Positions 10,937 to 20,230 of a stretch of DNA of 64,000 nt are shown one piece after another. Both the position numbers and the translations under genes were made by a program. The first letter of the stretch is position 1, and each line of letters begins with the position of its first letter. The DNA comes from Candidatus Latescibacterota bacterium (lineage in GTDB: Bacteria > Latescibacterota > UBA2968). Under the pieces are notes generated by a model. That model was not told where the DNA came from. It was given only the letters and a program-made list of their open reading frames with translations, and searched no databases. The stretch is from the NCBI GenBank assembly GCA_965207885.1, contig OZ242311.1:4992001-5056000 (forward strand). Direction: 5' to 3'.

Positions 10937-12067
10937 TCACCGTTTTTTGCCGAAGTTTTCAGAAAAAATGAGAAAATCATCGCCATCAATATCGCCATCA
11001 TTATCCATATCACCCCTTAAGGATGAACCCGTGTTGACTTGAACAGCATCGCTCGACCAGGTCGTAATACTCTGTGGTGACAACGTGCGAACAAGCCCAT
11101 TCCCGCCTACTGTCGCTGTCATTTCTGCAAGAGTCCTATCCTGTGTATTCTTTATCACTATGTGCCCATGTTCGTTTGCTCCAACGATTCCAACACCCAG
11201 GGTGCCATAGCTATTGCTTACCCTGATTAATCCATTATCGGCTGTGTTTGAACCTGCCGTAATAAGTTCCGTACCTGTTTCGGATTTGAGCCTCAAGACC
11301 CCTCTTCCCTCACCCTCCCATCCCAAATACGCAATCGTCTTATCGTTATTATTCGATAGCCATAGATTGCCAGCGGTCTCATCTGCATACATTGACACCA
11401 GGCTTTTTCCCGATTTATTACTCAGACTCAAAAGCCCATTGCTCAAACTTTCACCCAGAAAAGCCAAATTTTCATTTCCGGTTTTGTTGATTGTTATCCA
11501 ACCAGACCTTTCGGCTACAACCAAACCAATCAAGGCCTCTTCGTTTCTGTTTTTAATCAAGATTCTTCCATATCCTGTTCCCTGTCCTGTCTCAAAACCC
11601 GATCCCAAGGCAATCAGGTTTTTTTCTTCTGTTGAATTGATATGCACTAATCCATTGCCACTAGTGGTTGACGATCCAATGTAAACCAGATTCTTATCTT
11701 CCGCAGAATTGACAAAGATAAGACCATTGCCATTGGTACTGGGCCATAGTTCAACGACCGCCTGTCCATCGCTATTTACAATCTGCAAGCCCCTCGTGCG
11801 AATTACACCTTGTGTCTGTGCTACCATTTTTCCCGCTCTATTTATTTCTGGATACATTATGTTTTTGTCTGGCAAATCGGGAACTCCGACATTGCCTTTG
11901 GGCATTGCGATGGGATCATGGGCTGATTTCGCTTGAAATGGTGATATGCCATCCGTTGCGGCAACCGTGACAACGGACACCAGCAGGAGACACAACAGGA
12001 TATTGAAATTGCGATAGCGCGTAACGCGCATCTCTAATTGATTCAAACGTTCTTCAATTGGATTCAT
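10937..12067 (-). CDS. Exported protein with about ten 22-aa beta repeats and a C-terminal dockerin-like EF loop
   Basis: N-terminal coiled coil plus hydrophobic helix; G-x-(L/I)-x-(L/I)-x-N-x3-K-x-L repeats; GDMDNDGDIDGDDFLIFSENFG. Confidence 0.75.
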   Translation of the reverse strand: MNPIEERLNQLEMRVTRYRNFNILLCLLLVSVVTVAATDGISPFQAKSAHDPIAMPKGNVGVPDLPDKNIMYPEINRAGKMVAQTQGVIRTRGLQIVNSDGQAVVELWPSTNGNGLIFVNSAEDKNLVYIGSSTTSGNGLVHINSTEEKNLIALGSGFETGQGTGYGRILIKNRNEEALIGLVVAERSGWITINKTGNENLAFLGESLSNGLLSLSNKSGKSLVSMYADETAGNLWLSNNNDKTIAYLGWEGEGRGVLRLKSETGTELITAGSNTADNGLIRVSNSYGTLGVGIVGANEHGHIVIKNTQDRTLAEMTATVGGNGLVRTLSPQSITTWSSDAVQVNTGSSLRGDMDNDGDIDGDDFLIFSENFGKKR

Positions 12068-12196
12068 CTTCTTCCCTCCCAAATATGAATACCGACACCA
12101 GATCGATAAGGTGGTTTACAATGGCAAACGTTTCTTTTTTATTCCGTACTTAAGGTTTTATGCAAAATAAGACGGGATTTGAAAAAGGCAATAAAA

Positions 12197-12262
12197 ATGC
12201 CCCAAATCTCATCGTCCAAAGAGGTACTCTCCAATGGGTTGTTGTTATGAGACTTGGGGCAT
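12197..12262 (-). terminator. Long stem-loop downstream of the 12340-13431 gene
   Basis: ATGCCCCAAATCTCAT / ATGAGACTTGGGGCAT, 15 of 16 complementary, followed by a T-run on the minus strand. Confidence 0.55.
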
Positions 12263-12339
12263 AGACTTAAATTTCTTTATCATTCCCTATTACTGCCATC
12301 GCGTTTTTCTTCCCAATGACTCCAAGTGTCCGCCAATCC

Positions 12340-13431
12340 TTATGGCGAGTTCTGATCAGGCCACAGAACATTAAACTTGCTACCTGTTTTGTTGTAGAGG
12401 AACAACTGACCGTCTCCATCATTATTAGAACTTAGTCGAGATATGCTTCTACCATTGGTATGATACATCGTCAAATGACCACTCCGATAACCTGCCAACA
12501 GTGACACCAGACGTTTTCCTGAATTGTTAACCAATTCCAACCGTCCATTGCCATCAGGGTTTGAACCTAAATTTACAATTAGATTATCGTCAGTATCTGA
12601 AAGCACCAAATTACCTGCATCACTTGCAAATATTGTCACTAACTGTTTTCCCGATTTGTTACTCAAATTCAGTAATCCATTACCCAATTTATTTGATCCA
12701 AGACCTGCCAAATTTTTGCCATCTTTTGAATTGACAAAAACCAAACCATTGCCAGAATCATCACTTGTCAATTCAACAACGGCCTTTTCCTCGTCATTCA
12801 CAACTTCCAATTTCTCTGTGACCCACAACTCATCTGTGAGAATCATTTTGCTCTTTATTGTGGTAATTTCATCTATATTTAGATGACTGGTAGTTCCAGT
12901 GGTACCTATGATTGCCGCACCTTCTCCATCCTTAGTGTAAAGATTGATAAGACTTCCAGAAGTGCTTGAACCAGCAAAGAATCTACTTTTTCCTTCAGAA
13001 GAATTGACCCAAATACGACCATCACCATTTTCGTCACTTGTCAATTGCACAACTTGTTTTCCTTTATCATTCTGAACGCTTAGGTAACCGCTTGTTTCAC
13101 CTGCAACAAAAGATAGCATAGGTATTCCGGTCTCATTATGAAGCCTGATAAAACCATATTTCCCGTTCCTACTTGAACCAGCATAGATTCGGTGTTCTCC
13201 TTTTTTTGAATTGACAAACAGGGCTCCATCGTTGGCTACGGATGTCAATTCAACAACGGTCTCTCCTAAATCATTTACAATTTCCAGTTTCTTTGTGCGA
13301 ATCACATCTACAAAGCCTGTCTGTGCTACTGTGACAATTGCCACCAGCAAGAGACACAACAGGATATTGAAATTGCGGTAGCGCGTAACGCGCATCTCTA
13401 ATTGATTCAAACGTTCTTCCAGTGGATTCAT
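12340..13431 (-). CDS. Paralog of the 10937 gene: 22-aa beta-repeat exported protein lacking the dockerin-like tail
   Basis: Near-identical N-terminus MNP(L/I)EERLNQLEMRVTRYRNFNILLCLLLV; same repeat pattern. Confidence 0.75.
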   Translation of the reverse strand: MNPLEERLNQLEMRVTRYRNFNILLCLLLVAIVTVAQTGFVDVIRTKKLEIVNDLGETVVELTSVANDGALFVNSKKGEHRIYAGSSRNGKYGFIRLHNETGIPMLSFVAGETSGYLSVQNDKGKQVVQLTSDENGDGRIWVNSSEGKSRFFAGSSTSGSLINLYTKDGEGAAIIGTTGTTSHLNIDEITTIKSKMILTDELWVTEKLEVVNDEEKAVVELTSDDSGNGLVFVNSKDGKNLAGLGSNKLGNGLLNLSNKSGKQLVTIFASDAGNLVLSDTDDNLIVNLGSNPDGNGRLELVNNSGKRLVSLLAGYRSGHLTMYHTNGRSISRLSSNNDGDGQLFLYNKTGSKFNVLWPDQNSP

Positions 13432-13722
13432 CTTCTCCCTCCGAAATATGAATATCGACACCAGGTCGATAAGATGGTTTACAAATGCACACGATTTCTT
13501 TTTTGCGTTTGAGGTTTACCAAAATAAGACGGGATTTGAAAAAGGCAAGACTACTCTTTCAAAATGTGGGTATATTATGTTGGATCGCGGATTTGGCAGA
13601 TTACGCAGAGGACACGGATTAGAGATTGGAGATAGTGCAGAGACTGGAGATTGTGGGAAGAATGAGGTTTTAATCCGCGTCATCCTTTCATCCGCGACAA
13701 TCCGCGATCAAAAAGGAGATAA

Positions 13723-14121
13723 ATGACCAACAATCTAAAATACAGTGATATAACCGAAAAAATTATCGGATCGGCATTTGAGGTGCATAAGTTTTTGGGT
13801 AACGGCTTTCAGGAAGTGATTTATCAGCGTGCATTGGCATTTGAAATGGCACAGGCAGGTTTGACATTTGCGCGCGAAATTGAGCAACATATTTTCTACA
13901 AAGATTTGCCAAAGCCAATTGGCACGCGCAGAGCAGATTTTGTGGTGGAAGGAAAAGTATTGGTAGAACTGAAGGCAGTCTCTGCATTGGAAGATGCACA
14001 CAGGGCGCAGGCGTTAAATTATTTGAAAGCATATCGGCTGGAAGTGGGCTTGTTAATCAATTTTGGGTCGCAAAGTTTGAAATTCCACAGACTGATCTTA
14101 TCGCAACGAAATCGGAGATAA
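13723..14121 (+). CDS. GxxExxY protein (PD-(D/E)xK nuclease-like)
   Basis: LGNGFQEVIY, RADFVVEGKVLVELKA, NYLKA..GLLINFG; AAGGAG RBS. Confidence 0.92.
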   Translation: MTNNLKYSDITEKIIGSAFEVHKFLGNGFQEVIYQRALAFEMAQAGLTFAREIEQHIFYKDLPKPIGTRRADFVVEGKVLVELKAVSALEDAHRAQALNYLKAYRLEVGLLINFGSQSLKFHRLILSQRNRR

Positions 14122-14186
14122 CGCAGATTTTTTGATCCATGTAATTATTTCGTCGATTTTATTTTACCTGCTCAGGGACAGATCAG

Positions 14187-14211
14187 ATTTCTTACACGCT
14201 GTGTAAGAAAT
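14187..14211. promoter_or_regulatory. Perfect 11-bp inverted repeat, candidate operator
   Basis: ATTTCTTACAC-gct-GTGTAAGAAAT about 90 bp upstream of the XRE gene. Confidence 0.5.
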
Positions 14212-14298
14212 TGAAAATAAACTCTAAATAGGACAGAAAAAGGCTTGCGAGATCGAATCGCAAGCCCTAAACACGCCACCAAAACGGGAGAACTCCAA

Positions 14299-14619
14299 AT
14301 GGCAGACTATACCCGCAGTTCGGGAAACGTTTTTAAAGATTTGGGGCTTCCTTCCTCCGATGAAAGATTGGCAAAAGCGAAACTGGCCTATAAGATCAAC
14401 CGCTTGATTGCCGATCAGGGAATGAATCAAAAGAAAGCTGCGGATTTTTTAGGAATCAGTCGATCCAAAATGACGGAACTGAGAAATGGTCGATTAAAGG
14501 GTTTTACCATCGACTGCCTGTTCTCGCTATTGGGAAAACTGGATCACCATATAGAAATCCGAGTACGTCCAAAATTAAGCCACAAAACAGAGAAAACTAT
14601 CAATGTGGCTTTAATTTGA
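14299..14619 (+). CDS. XRE-family HTH protein (HigA-like antitoxin), no adjacent toxin
   Basis: SSGNVFKDLG, MNQKKAADFLGISRSKMTEL..GRLKGFTID; GGGAG RBS. Confidence 0.85.
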   Translation: MADYTRSSGNVFKDLGLPSSDERLAKAKLAYKINRLIADQGMNQKKAADFLGISRSKMTELRNGRLKGFTIDCLFSLLGKLDHHIEIRVRPKLSHKTEKTINVALI

Positions 14620-14775
14620 CAGTGTATAATTTGCAGAAAGGCCTGGTCCCTGATCAAGGAGGAGATTGGGCTGTGAATCATCACCGATACACACTTGAAT
14701 CACTTCCGAGAAAAGTCGAAAATTTTATCAAGTGGCGATATTTATTTAGACAAGTGTTTTAATCCGTACAATCCC

Positions 14776-17700
14776 TTAATCCGCGTCAATCCGCGATCCC
14801 ACCGCGACAACGCGCCTGGCAAATTGGGAGAGGTCATCCATCAGGGAATACATCGTGGGCAGGAGAACAAGCGTCAGAATGGTAGAAATGGACAATCCCG
14901 ATACAACGACCAGACCGATGGGACCCCAGCGGCGGGCTGTGCCTTCGGCATGGCCGAAAAGCATTGGAATAACCAGCGGCATCAGGCCAATAATGGTGGT
15001 CGTGGCAGTCATCATAATCGGACGCAGGCGATCTTGCCCTCCGCGAATAATGGCATCGCGGCGAACAAGTCCCTGTTTTCGGTATCTGTTGATGTGATCG
15101 ACCAGAACAATGCCATTATTCACCACAATACCAAAAAGCACCAGAAGGCCGTACTTCGCATTGCTATCCATAGCGATCTTAAAAGTGTAGAGACCGAGCG
15201 CGACGCCGATGAAAGCAAAGAAAATGCAGAACATAATGGTAAGCGGATGGACATAGGATTCAAAGAGCGAAGCCATAATAATATAAATGAGAATCAGTGC
15301 GAAAATCATCGTCTCAAAATCCTGATCCCGTTTTGCATCCATAGACTTGAATCGGCGGTCCATCTGATACGTATATCCCTCAGGCAGAGGCACATCTTCC
15401 ATACGCGCTTTCATAATCTGTCCCACGCTGAACACTGCTTTTTGCTCTGTACTGGCAAAAACAGTTAGCGTGGGCATGCGGTCTTCGCGGGAAATGGCAT
15501 TGGGGCCCTGTATGAGATTGAAATCCGCCAAACTCGAGAACGTGACCATACCACCCTTATCGCTTTCAAACGCCGTTGTTTTGAGCTGCTCGAGATTAGC
15601 GCGATCTTCTTCGCGGAGTTGAACGGTAATATCGAGCTCGCCATGGGGTGTTTTGAAGTGTGAAGCCCCGCGCGACCCGAGTGCCGAAGCGATATTCGTA
15701 GCAATATCGCGCGGAGAAATGCCATACCGCTGTGCCCGTTCGCGATTTACAACCACGCGAATCTCTTCCATACCCGTCTCCAGGCTGGTTTCAATCTCGT
15801 GAACGCCGGGCATCCCCTGCATACTCATTTCAATATCCTCTGCCAGAACCTCCAGAATTTCCTGCTTGCGTCCTTTGAGTTCAACACCCACCCCCGCAGT
15901 CCCGCCTGACTTGCCCCCGCGAGGCCTGAAACGCACACCGGGAATATCCTTTGGAAGAAGCGCGATTATCCTGTACTGGACTTCGTCTGTCGTCAACTTG
16001 CTTTCTTCTGCAGGCGTGAGATAAATAGTCAAAAGTGCATTTCTCTTTCCCTGGCGATTACCCGTATTGAACTTCGTCGCAATAGCCTCTATGTCCAGTT
16101 CCTCCTTCAGTGGAATAAGGATATCTTCGGCTATTTTGAACGTATTACTCGCCTGCGCCAAATCGTACGTGCGGGGCATCTCCACCGTCAGCCTGATCGC
16201 GCGGGTGGGTTGATAGCGGAAGGGTTCTTGTTCTATTTTGCCGTAGATGTGATTGCCCAAAAAGAGAAGAACGCACGCAACGGATAGCGTTGCCCAGCGA
16301 TAGTGCAAAGTATTGGCGACCACCCTCGCGTACAGTGCTCTGGCACCAATGGCGCGGTAACGAAAATACAGAAAAATTACCAGTGCAATTGCCGCGGGAA
16401 AACCAATTTTGGCAAATAAAGGCAGGGCAGCGATAGTACGCGCAAATGCGTCCCACATATCCCCGTAATCAATTTTACTGAAATCCGTATAATATATATA
16501 CGCGCCCACCCCGACACTTGCCGCGAGTACAAAAATGCTTTTGAGAACGCGGTCAAAGGTCTGACCACCTTTATCAAAGGCGCGAGATGCGGCCAATGGA
16601 ATCAGAGAAAGCGCGACACAAAACGATGCAATAACAGACACGACAACTGTCACAGAGAATTGCCGCATAAAGAGCGAAGTACCCGAATCAGTCACAAAAA
16701 TGACCGGAACAAATACACACACAGTGGTGAGCGTAGCAGCCAGAACCGGGAGACCAATCTCCTCACTGCCCTCAAGCGCTGCCTGTGTTGCACTCTGACC
16801 CTCATCAAAACATTTGCGAAAAATATTCTCCAGAGCCACAACAGCGGGATCCACGAGCATCCCAATAGCGACCATCAGCCCCATCATCGAAATCAAGTTC
16901 AAGGTGATATCAGCGCCCGATTGCCGCAAAAAATACATGATGAGAAACACCGTAAGCGCGCTAATTGGAATAGCGGAGCCAATGATGAGCGTACTGCGGA
17001 AGTTGCGGAGAAAAATAAAAATGGCAATAACGGCTAAAAGTCCCCCCATAATCGCCGAATGGCTGAGGCTGGTTATGCTGGCAATAACATCCGTTGACTG
17101 ATCTCGCACCAGAAGCATTCGAAATTTATCTTTGCCAACCACCTCGTTGATGCGGACGAGTTCTGCACGGGCACGCTTGCAAACATCGACCATATTTGCC
17201 GTTGACGATTTATGCACAGAAAGATAAAGAGAAGGGATGCCATCAAGACGATCAAATCGACGAGCGGGGGGATAATCGTAGGTAACCGCTGCAACATCGG
17301 ACAGCGCCAGGTTTGGGCGAATGGGCAGATTGCGAATCTGGTCAACGGTCTCAAACTCGCCCACACTCCGCACAGCAAATCGCCTGTCGCCATCGGTGAC
17401 ATAACCCGCCGAGATATTGATATTATTTCTGCGAAGCGCGCGATTGATGGTGCGAAAATCCAATTTGTGCGCAGTCATAGCCCGCTGATCAACCTCGACG
17501 AGGAGATCCTTTTGCTGTAAACCCCTCAATTCAACACTTGCCACGCCATCGAGCCGCTGCAATCGCGGCAACAGGTGCTGGTTATAAAACGCGATGAGAT
17601 CTTCGGGATCTTCACCGAGCCACGAAACCGTATATTCAAGAGCCGGAATATCTTCGGTATCAAAACTTTTAATCCCAATATAATCCACGTCTTCTGGCAA

Positions 17701-18054
17701 ATCTGCGCGGACTTGATCGAGCCTGTCGCGCAAATGAATGCCAACGAGATCCATATCCGCATCCATTGCAAATTCCAGGCGAATGGTTGAAGAAGACGCA
17801 TTGGATGTGGATCCCATATTTTCAATACCGGGCATAGTGCCCAATATCTCTTCAATCGGTCGCGTGATAAACCGTTCAATTTCCTCGGGAGACGAAGAGG
17901 GATACCGGATAGACACAAAAAGAACCGGAAACGTCACGCTGGGCAAATATTCGAGCGGCAACTTGAACAGGGAAATAAAACCCATCACCACGAGACTAAG
18001 TGCAATCATAATAGTACTGATGGGCTTAAAAATGGCAAAGCGACTGAGCTTCAT
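14776..18054 (-). CDS. RND efflux permease (AcrB/AcrD/AcrF family)
   Basis: 1092 aa; YPSSSPEEIE..ITRPIEE, FLRNFRST..AIPIS, RLRPIMMTATTT motifs. Confidence 0.92.
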   Translation of the reverse strand: MKLSRFAIFKPISTIMIALSLVVMGFISLFKLPLEYLPSVTFPVLFVSIRYPSSSPEEIERFITRPIEEILGTMPGIENMGSTSNASSSTIRLEFAMDADMDLVGIHLRDRLDQVRADLPEDVDYIGIKSFDTEDIPALEYTVSWLGEDPEDLIAFYNQHLLPRLQRLDGVASVELRGLQQKDLLVEVDQRAMTAHKLDFRTINRALRRNNINISAGYVTDGDRRFAVRSVGEFETVDQIRNLPIRPNLALSDVAAVTYDYPPARRFDRLDGIPSLYLSVHKSSTANMVDVCKRARAELVRINEVVGKDKFRMLLVRDQSTDVIASITSLSHSAIMGGLLAVIAIFIFLRNFRSTLIIGSAIPISALTVFLIMYFLRQSGADITLNLISMMGLMVAIGMLVDPAVVALENIFRKCFDEGQSATQAALEGSEEIGLPVLAATLTTVCVFVPVIFVTDSGTSLFMRQFSVTVVVSVIASFCVALSLIPLAASRAFDKGGQTFDRVLKSIFVLAASVGVGAYIYYTDFSKIDYGDMWDAFARTIAALPLFAKIGFPAAIALVIFLYFRYRAIGARALYARVVANTLHYRWATLSVACVLLFLGNHIYGKIEQEPFRYQPTRAIRLTVEMPRTYDLAQASNTFKIAEDILIPLKEELDIEAIATKFNTGNRQGKRNALLTIYLTPAEESKLTTDEVQYRIIALLPKDIPGVRFRPRGGKSGGTAGVGVELKGRKQEILEVLAEDIEMSMQGMPGVHEIETSLETGMEEIRVVVNRERAQRYGISPRDIATNIASALGSRGASHFKTPHGELDITVQLREEDRANLEQLKTTAFESDKGGMVTFSSLADFNLIQGPNAISREDRMPTLTVFASTEQKAVFSVGQIMKARMEDVPLPEGYTYQMDRRFKSMDAKRDQDFETMIFALILIYIIMASLFESYVHPLTIMFCIFFAFIGVALGLYTFKIAMDSNAKYGLLVLFGIVVNNGIVLVDHINRYRKQGLVRRDAIIRGGQDRLRPIMMTATTTIIGLMPLVIPMLFGHAEGTARRWGPIGLVVVSGLSISTILTLVLLPTMYSLMDDLSQFARRVVAVGSRIDAD

Positions 18055-18075
18055 GGCTTATTTTTCATTTAGCGA

Positions 18076-19227
18076 TCAGGGCCACAGCGCATCGGTGGCC
18101 AGCAGGTTGGAAAACTGTGAAAAAGGAAGAATCTCAATACCATCTACAGTTTGCAATTCAGGCCCTCCGGGATAGACGACAATGCGTCGGCACAAACCCT
18201 TCAGGTCGGACAGTGCTCTCAATCCCTTGCACCAGGCTTCTGAAAATGTGCCGCCGGACTTGACCTCAATTGCAACAAATTCTCCCGCGCGTTTGAGCAG
18301 AAAATCGACTTCTGTTTGCGTCTGTGCAGCCGTTGCCCAGTAAAAGTACTCGTCACACAGATGACGATAATCTTTGTACGATCGAATCAACTGTGCAACC
18401 AGCCCTTCGAACAGGGCACCGCGTTCCTCTGGAGTTGGGGGCGTCGTAACCCTTTTCATAGCACGCACAATACCGGGATCACACCAGTACCATTTGGGCA
18501 ATTTGCGTTCGCGCACGCGCAATCTGGCTTCATAAGCCGGAAGTTGAAAGCAGAGAAGCGTTTCCTCCAGGATATCCAGATAACCCGTTACAGTCGTGCG
18601 TGCAACCTGAGCTTCTCTGGCAATATTGGCCACATTCAGGGTTTGCCCGTGAAAAAGCGCTGCAATCGGCAGAAAACGCGCGAATCCAGGAAGATTGCGC
18701 ACCAGAGCCTCAGCTTGAATCTCTTCTTTGAGATACATTTGCGTATAGGCAGTCAGCGTCTCTACTCTATCCTCTGAATCCCATACAATGGGTAATAAAC
18801 CGTGCTGCAAAGCATCGTCAAGTGCAAATCGTTCTCCCAATTCCTCGGGAATAAAGGGGTGCATCGCGCGATACAGGGCACGACCAGCAAGCAGGTTGAC
18901 ACCTGCTCGTTTGAGCTTTCTCGCACTCGATCCGCACAACACAAAGCGCAACCCCTTTTCCTCAATAAAACGGTGTACCTCATTGAGCAACGCAGGCAAT
19001 CTCTGTATTTCGTCTAAAACCACCCAGCGGTCACCGGGCACAGCCCGAAGTTCTGCAGACAGGAGACCTGGATTTGCAAGCAAACGCTGGTAAATATCTT
19101 CGGCGAGCAAATTGATGACGTGTGCATTGGGAAAAGCGATTCGCAAATACGTGCTTTTCCCAACACCGCGCGGACCCAAAAGAAAAAAGCTTTTTTTGGG
19201 TGCTTCAAAAATACGTGGAATTGTCAT
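18076..19227 (-). CDS. AAA+ ATPase with DUF4143 and C-terminal nuclease-like domain
   Basis: GPRGVGKS, LDEIQR, GSSARKL..LAGRA, GALFE, EVDF..AIEVK. Confidence 0.9.
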   Translation of the reverse strand: MTIPRIFEAPKKSFFLLGPRGVGKSTYLRIAFPNAHVINLLAEDIYQRLLANPGLLSAELRAVPGDRWVVLDEIQRLPALLNEVHRFIEEKGLRFVLCGSSARKLKRAGVNLLAGRALYRAMHPFIPEELGERFALDDALQHGLLPIVWDSEDRVETLTAYTQMYLKEEIQAEALVRNLPGFARFLPIAALFHGQTLNVANIAREAQVARTTVTGYLDILEETLLCFQLPAYEARLRVRERKLPKWYWCDPGIVRAMKRVTTPPTPEERGALFEGLVAQLIRSYKDYRHLCDEYFYWATAAQTQTEVDFLLKRAGEFVAIEVKSGGTFSEAWCKGLRALSDLKGLCRRIVVYPGGPELQTVDGIEILPFSQFSNLLATDALWP

Positions 19228-19390
19228 TTGACTACCTTATCGTCATTTTTCACAACAATTTGACGACAATATATACATATTTCACAGCTTGTCAAGGATT
19301 TGAGCTTCTCATTCACCATTGATTTTCGACGCACAATTGCGTATCCTGAAGTGCTCACAAATGCAAACGACACCAGAGAAAGGAAAGAAA

Positions 19391-20227
19391 ATGAAGCTCA
19401 CGTACATCATGTTCACAAAACACCTCGAAGGCATGGACGTTTCCGAAATCATCGAATCTCTCCAATCTGTCGGCGTACAGGGCGCAGATTTGTGTGTGCG
19501 AGAGGGATATCCTGTAAACCCAGACAATATCGATAAGGCACTACCCGAAGCTGCCAAACAGTTTGAAGCAGCAGGGCTGTGCATTCCACTCGTAACAGCC
19601 CCCGGCGATTTTAGTCGCCCGGACATCGATTACGCCGAGCGTTATTACGGCGCTCTCGGTGAAGCTGGCGTGGCGCACGTAAAACTGGGCTACTGGCATT
19701 GGTCAGATGCGAAACACTACTGGGATCAGCTGGATGAAATCCGGGGCTGGATGGAAAGCTTTGAGAAATTGTCGGAAAAACACGGCGTAAAAACCGTAGT
19801 ACACAACCATTCGGGCAAATCGATGGGACTAAACTCGTGTGCCGTCATGAACGTGGTCAAGGGATTCAACCCCGAACACATCGGCGTATTCTCCGACCCG
19901 GGACACCTGTCAATATGTGGCGAACCCATAGAAATGGCACTGGATATCGTGCGCGAATATCTCTCAGTCCTGGCATTTAAAGACCTGATTCGCCAGCGAC
20001 CTCTGGGACGAACTGTACAGGGGACGCCCACGGGTGGGACAATGCGACTGGGACAGGGATTTGGCGATTGGCCCGCAGTCGTAAAAACACTGGATCGATT
20101 AAACTTTGAAGGTCCCGTGAGTTTCCACAGCGAATACAGCGGTGAACCCATAGAAACCGTAATTGACCTGGCGCGCATTGATGTGCGCTTCTTCAACGCA
20201 ATGCGAGCAGAACACGAAAGCGCGTAA
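19391..20227 (+). CDS. Sugar phosphate isomerase/epimerase (TIM barrel)
   Basis: HNHSG, DPGHL, AFKD, SFHSEY motifs; AGGA RBS. Confidence 0.85.
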   Translation: MKLTYIMFTKHLEGMDVSEIIESLQSVGVQGADLCVREGYPVNPDNIDKALPEAAKQFEAAGLCIPLVTAPGDFSRPDIDYAERYYGALGEAGVAHVKLGYWHWSDAKHYWDQLDEIRGWMESFEKLSEKHGVKTVVHNHSGKSMGLNSCAVMNVVKGFNPEHIGVFSDPGHLSICGEPIEMALDIVREYLSVLAFKDLIRQRPLGRTVQGTPTGGTMRLGQGFGDWPAVVKTLDRLNFEGPVSFHSEYSGEPIETVIDLARIDVRFFNAMRAEHESA

Positions 20228-20230
20228 TCT

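Noticed and set aside
13448-13726. 92-aa ORF upstream of GxxExxY
   Set aside because: Made of the duplicated promoter region and hairpin repeats; likely spurious
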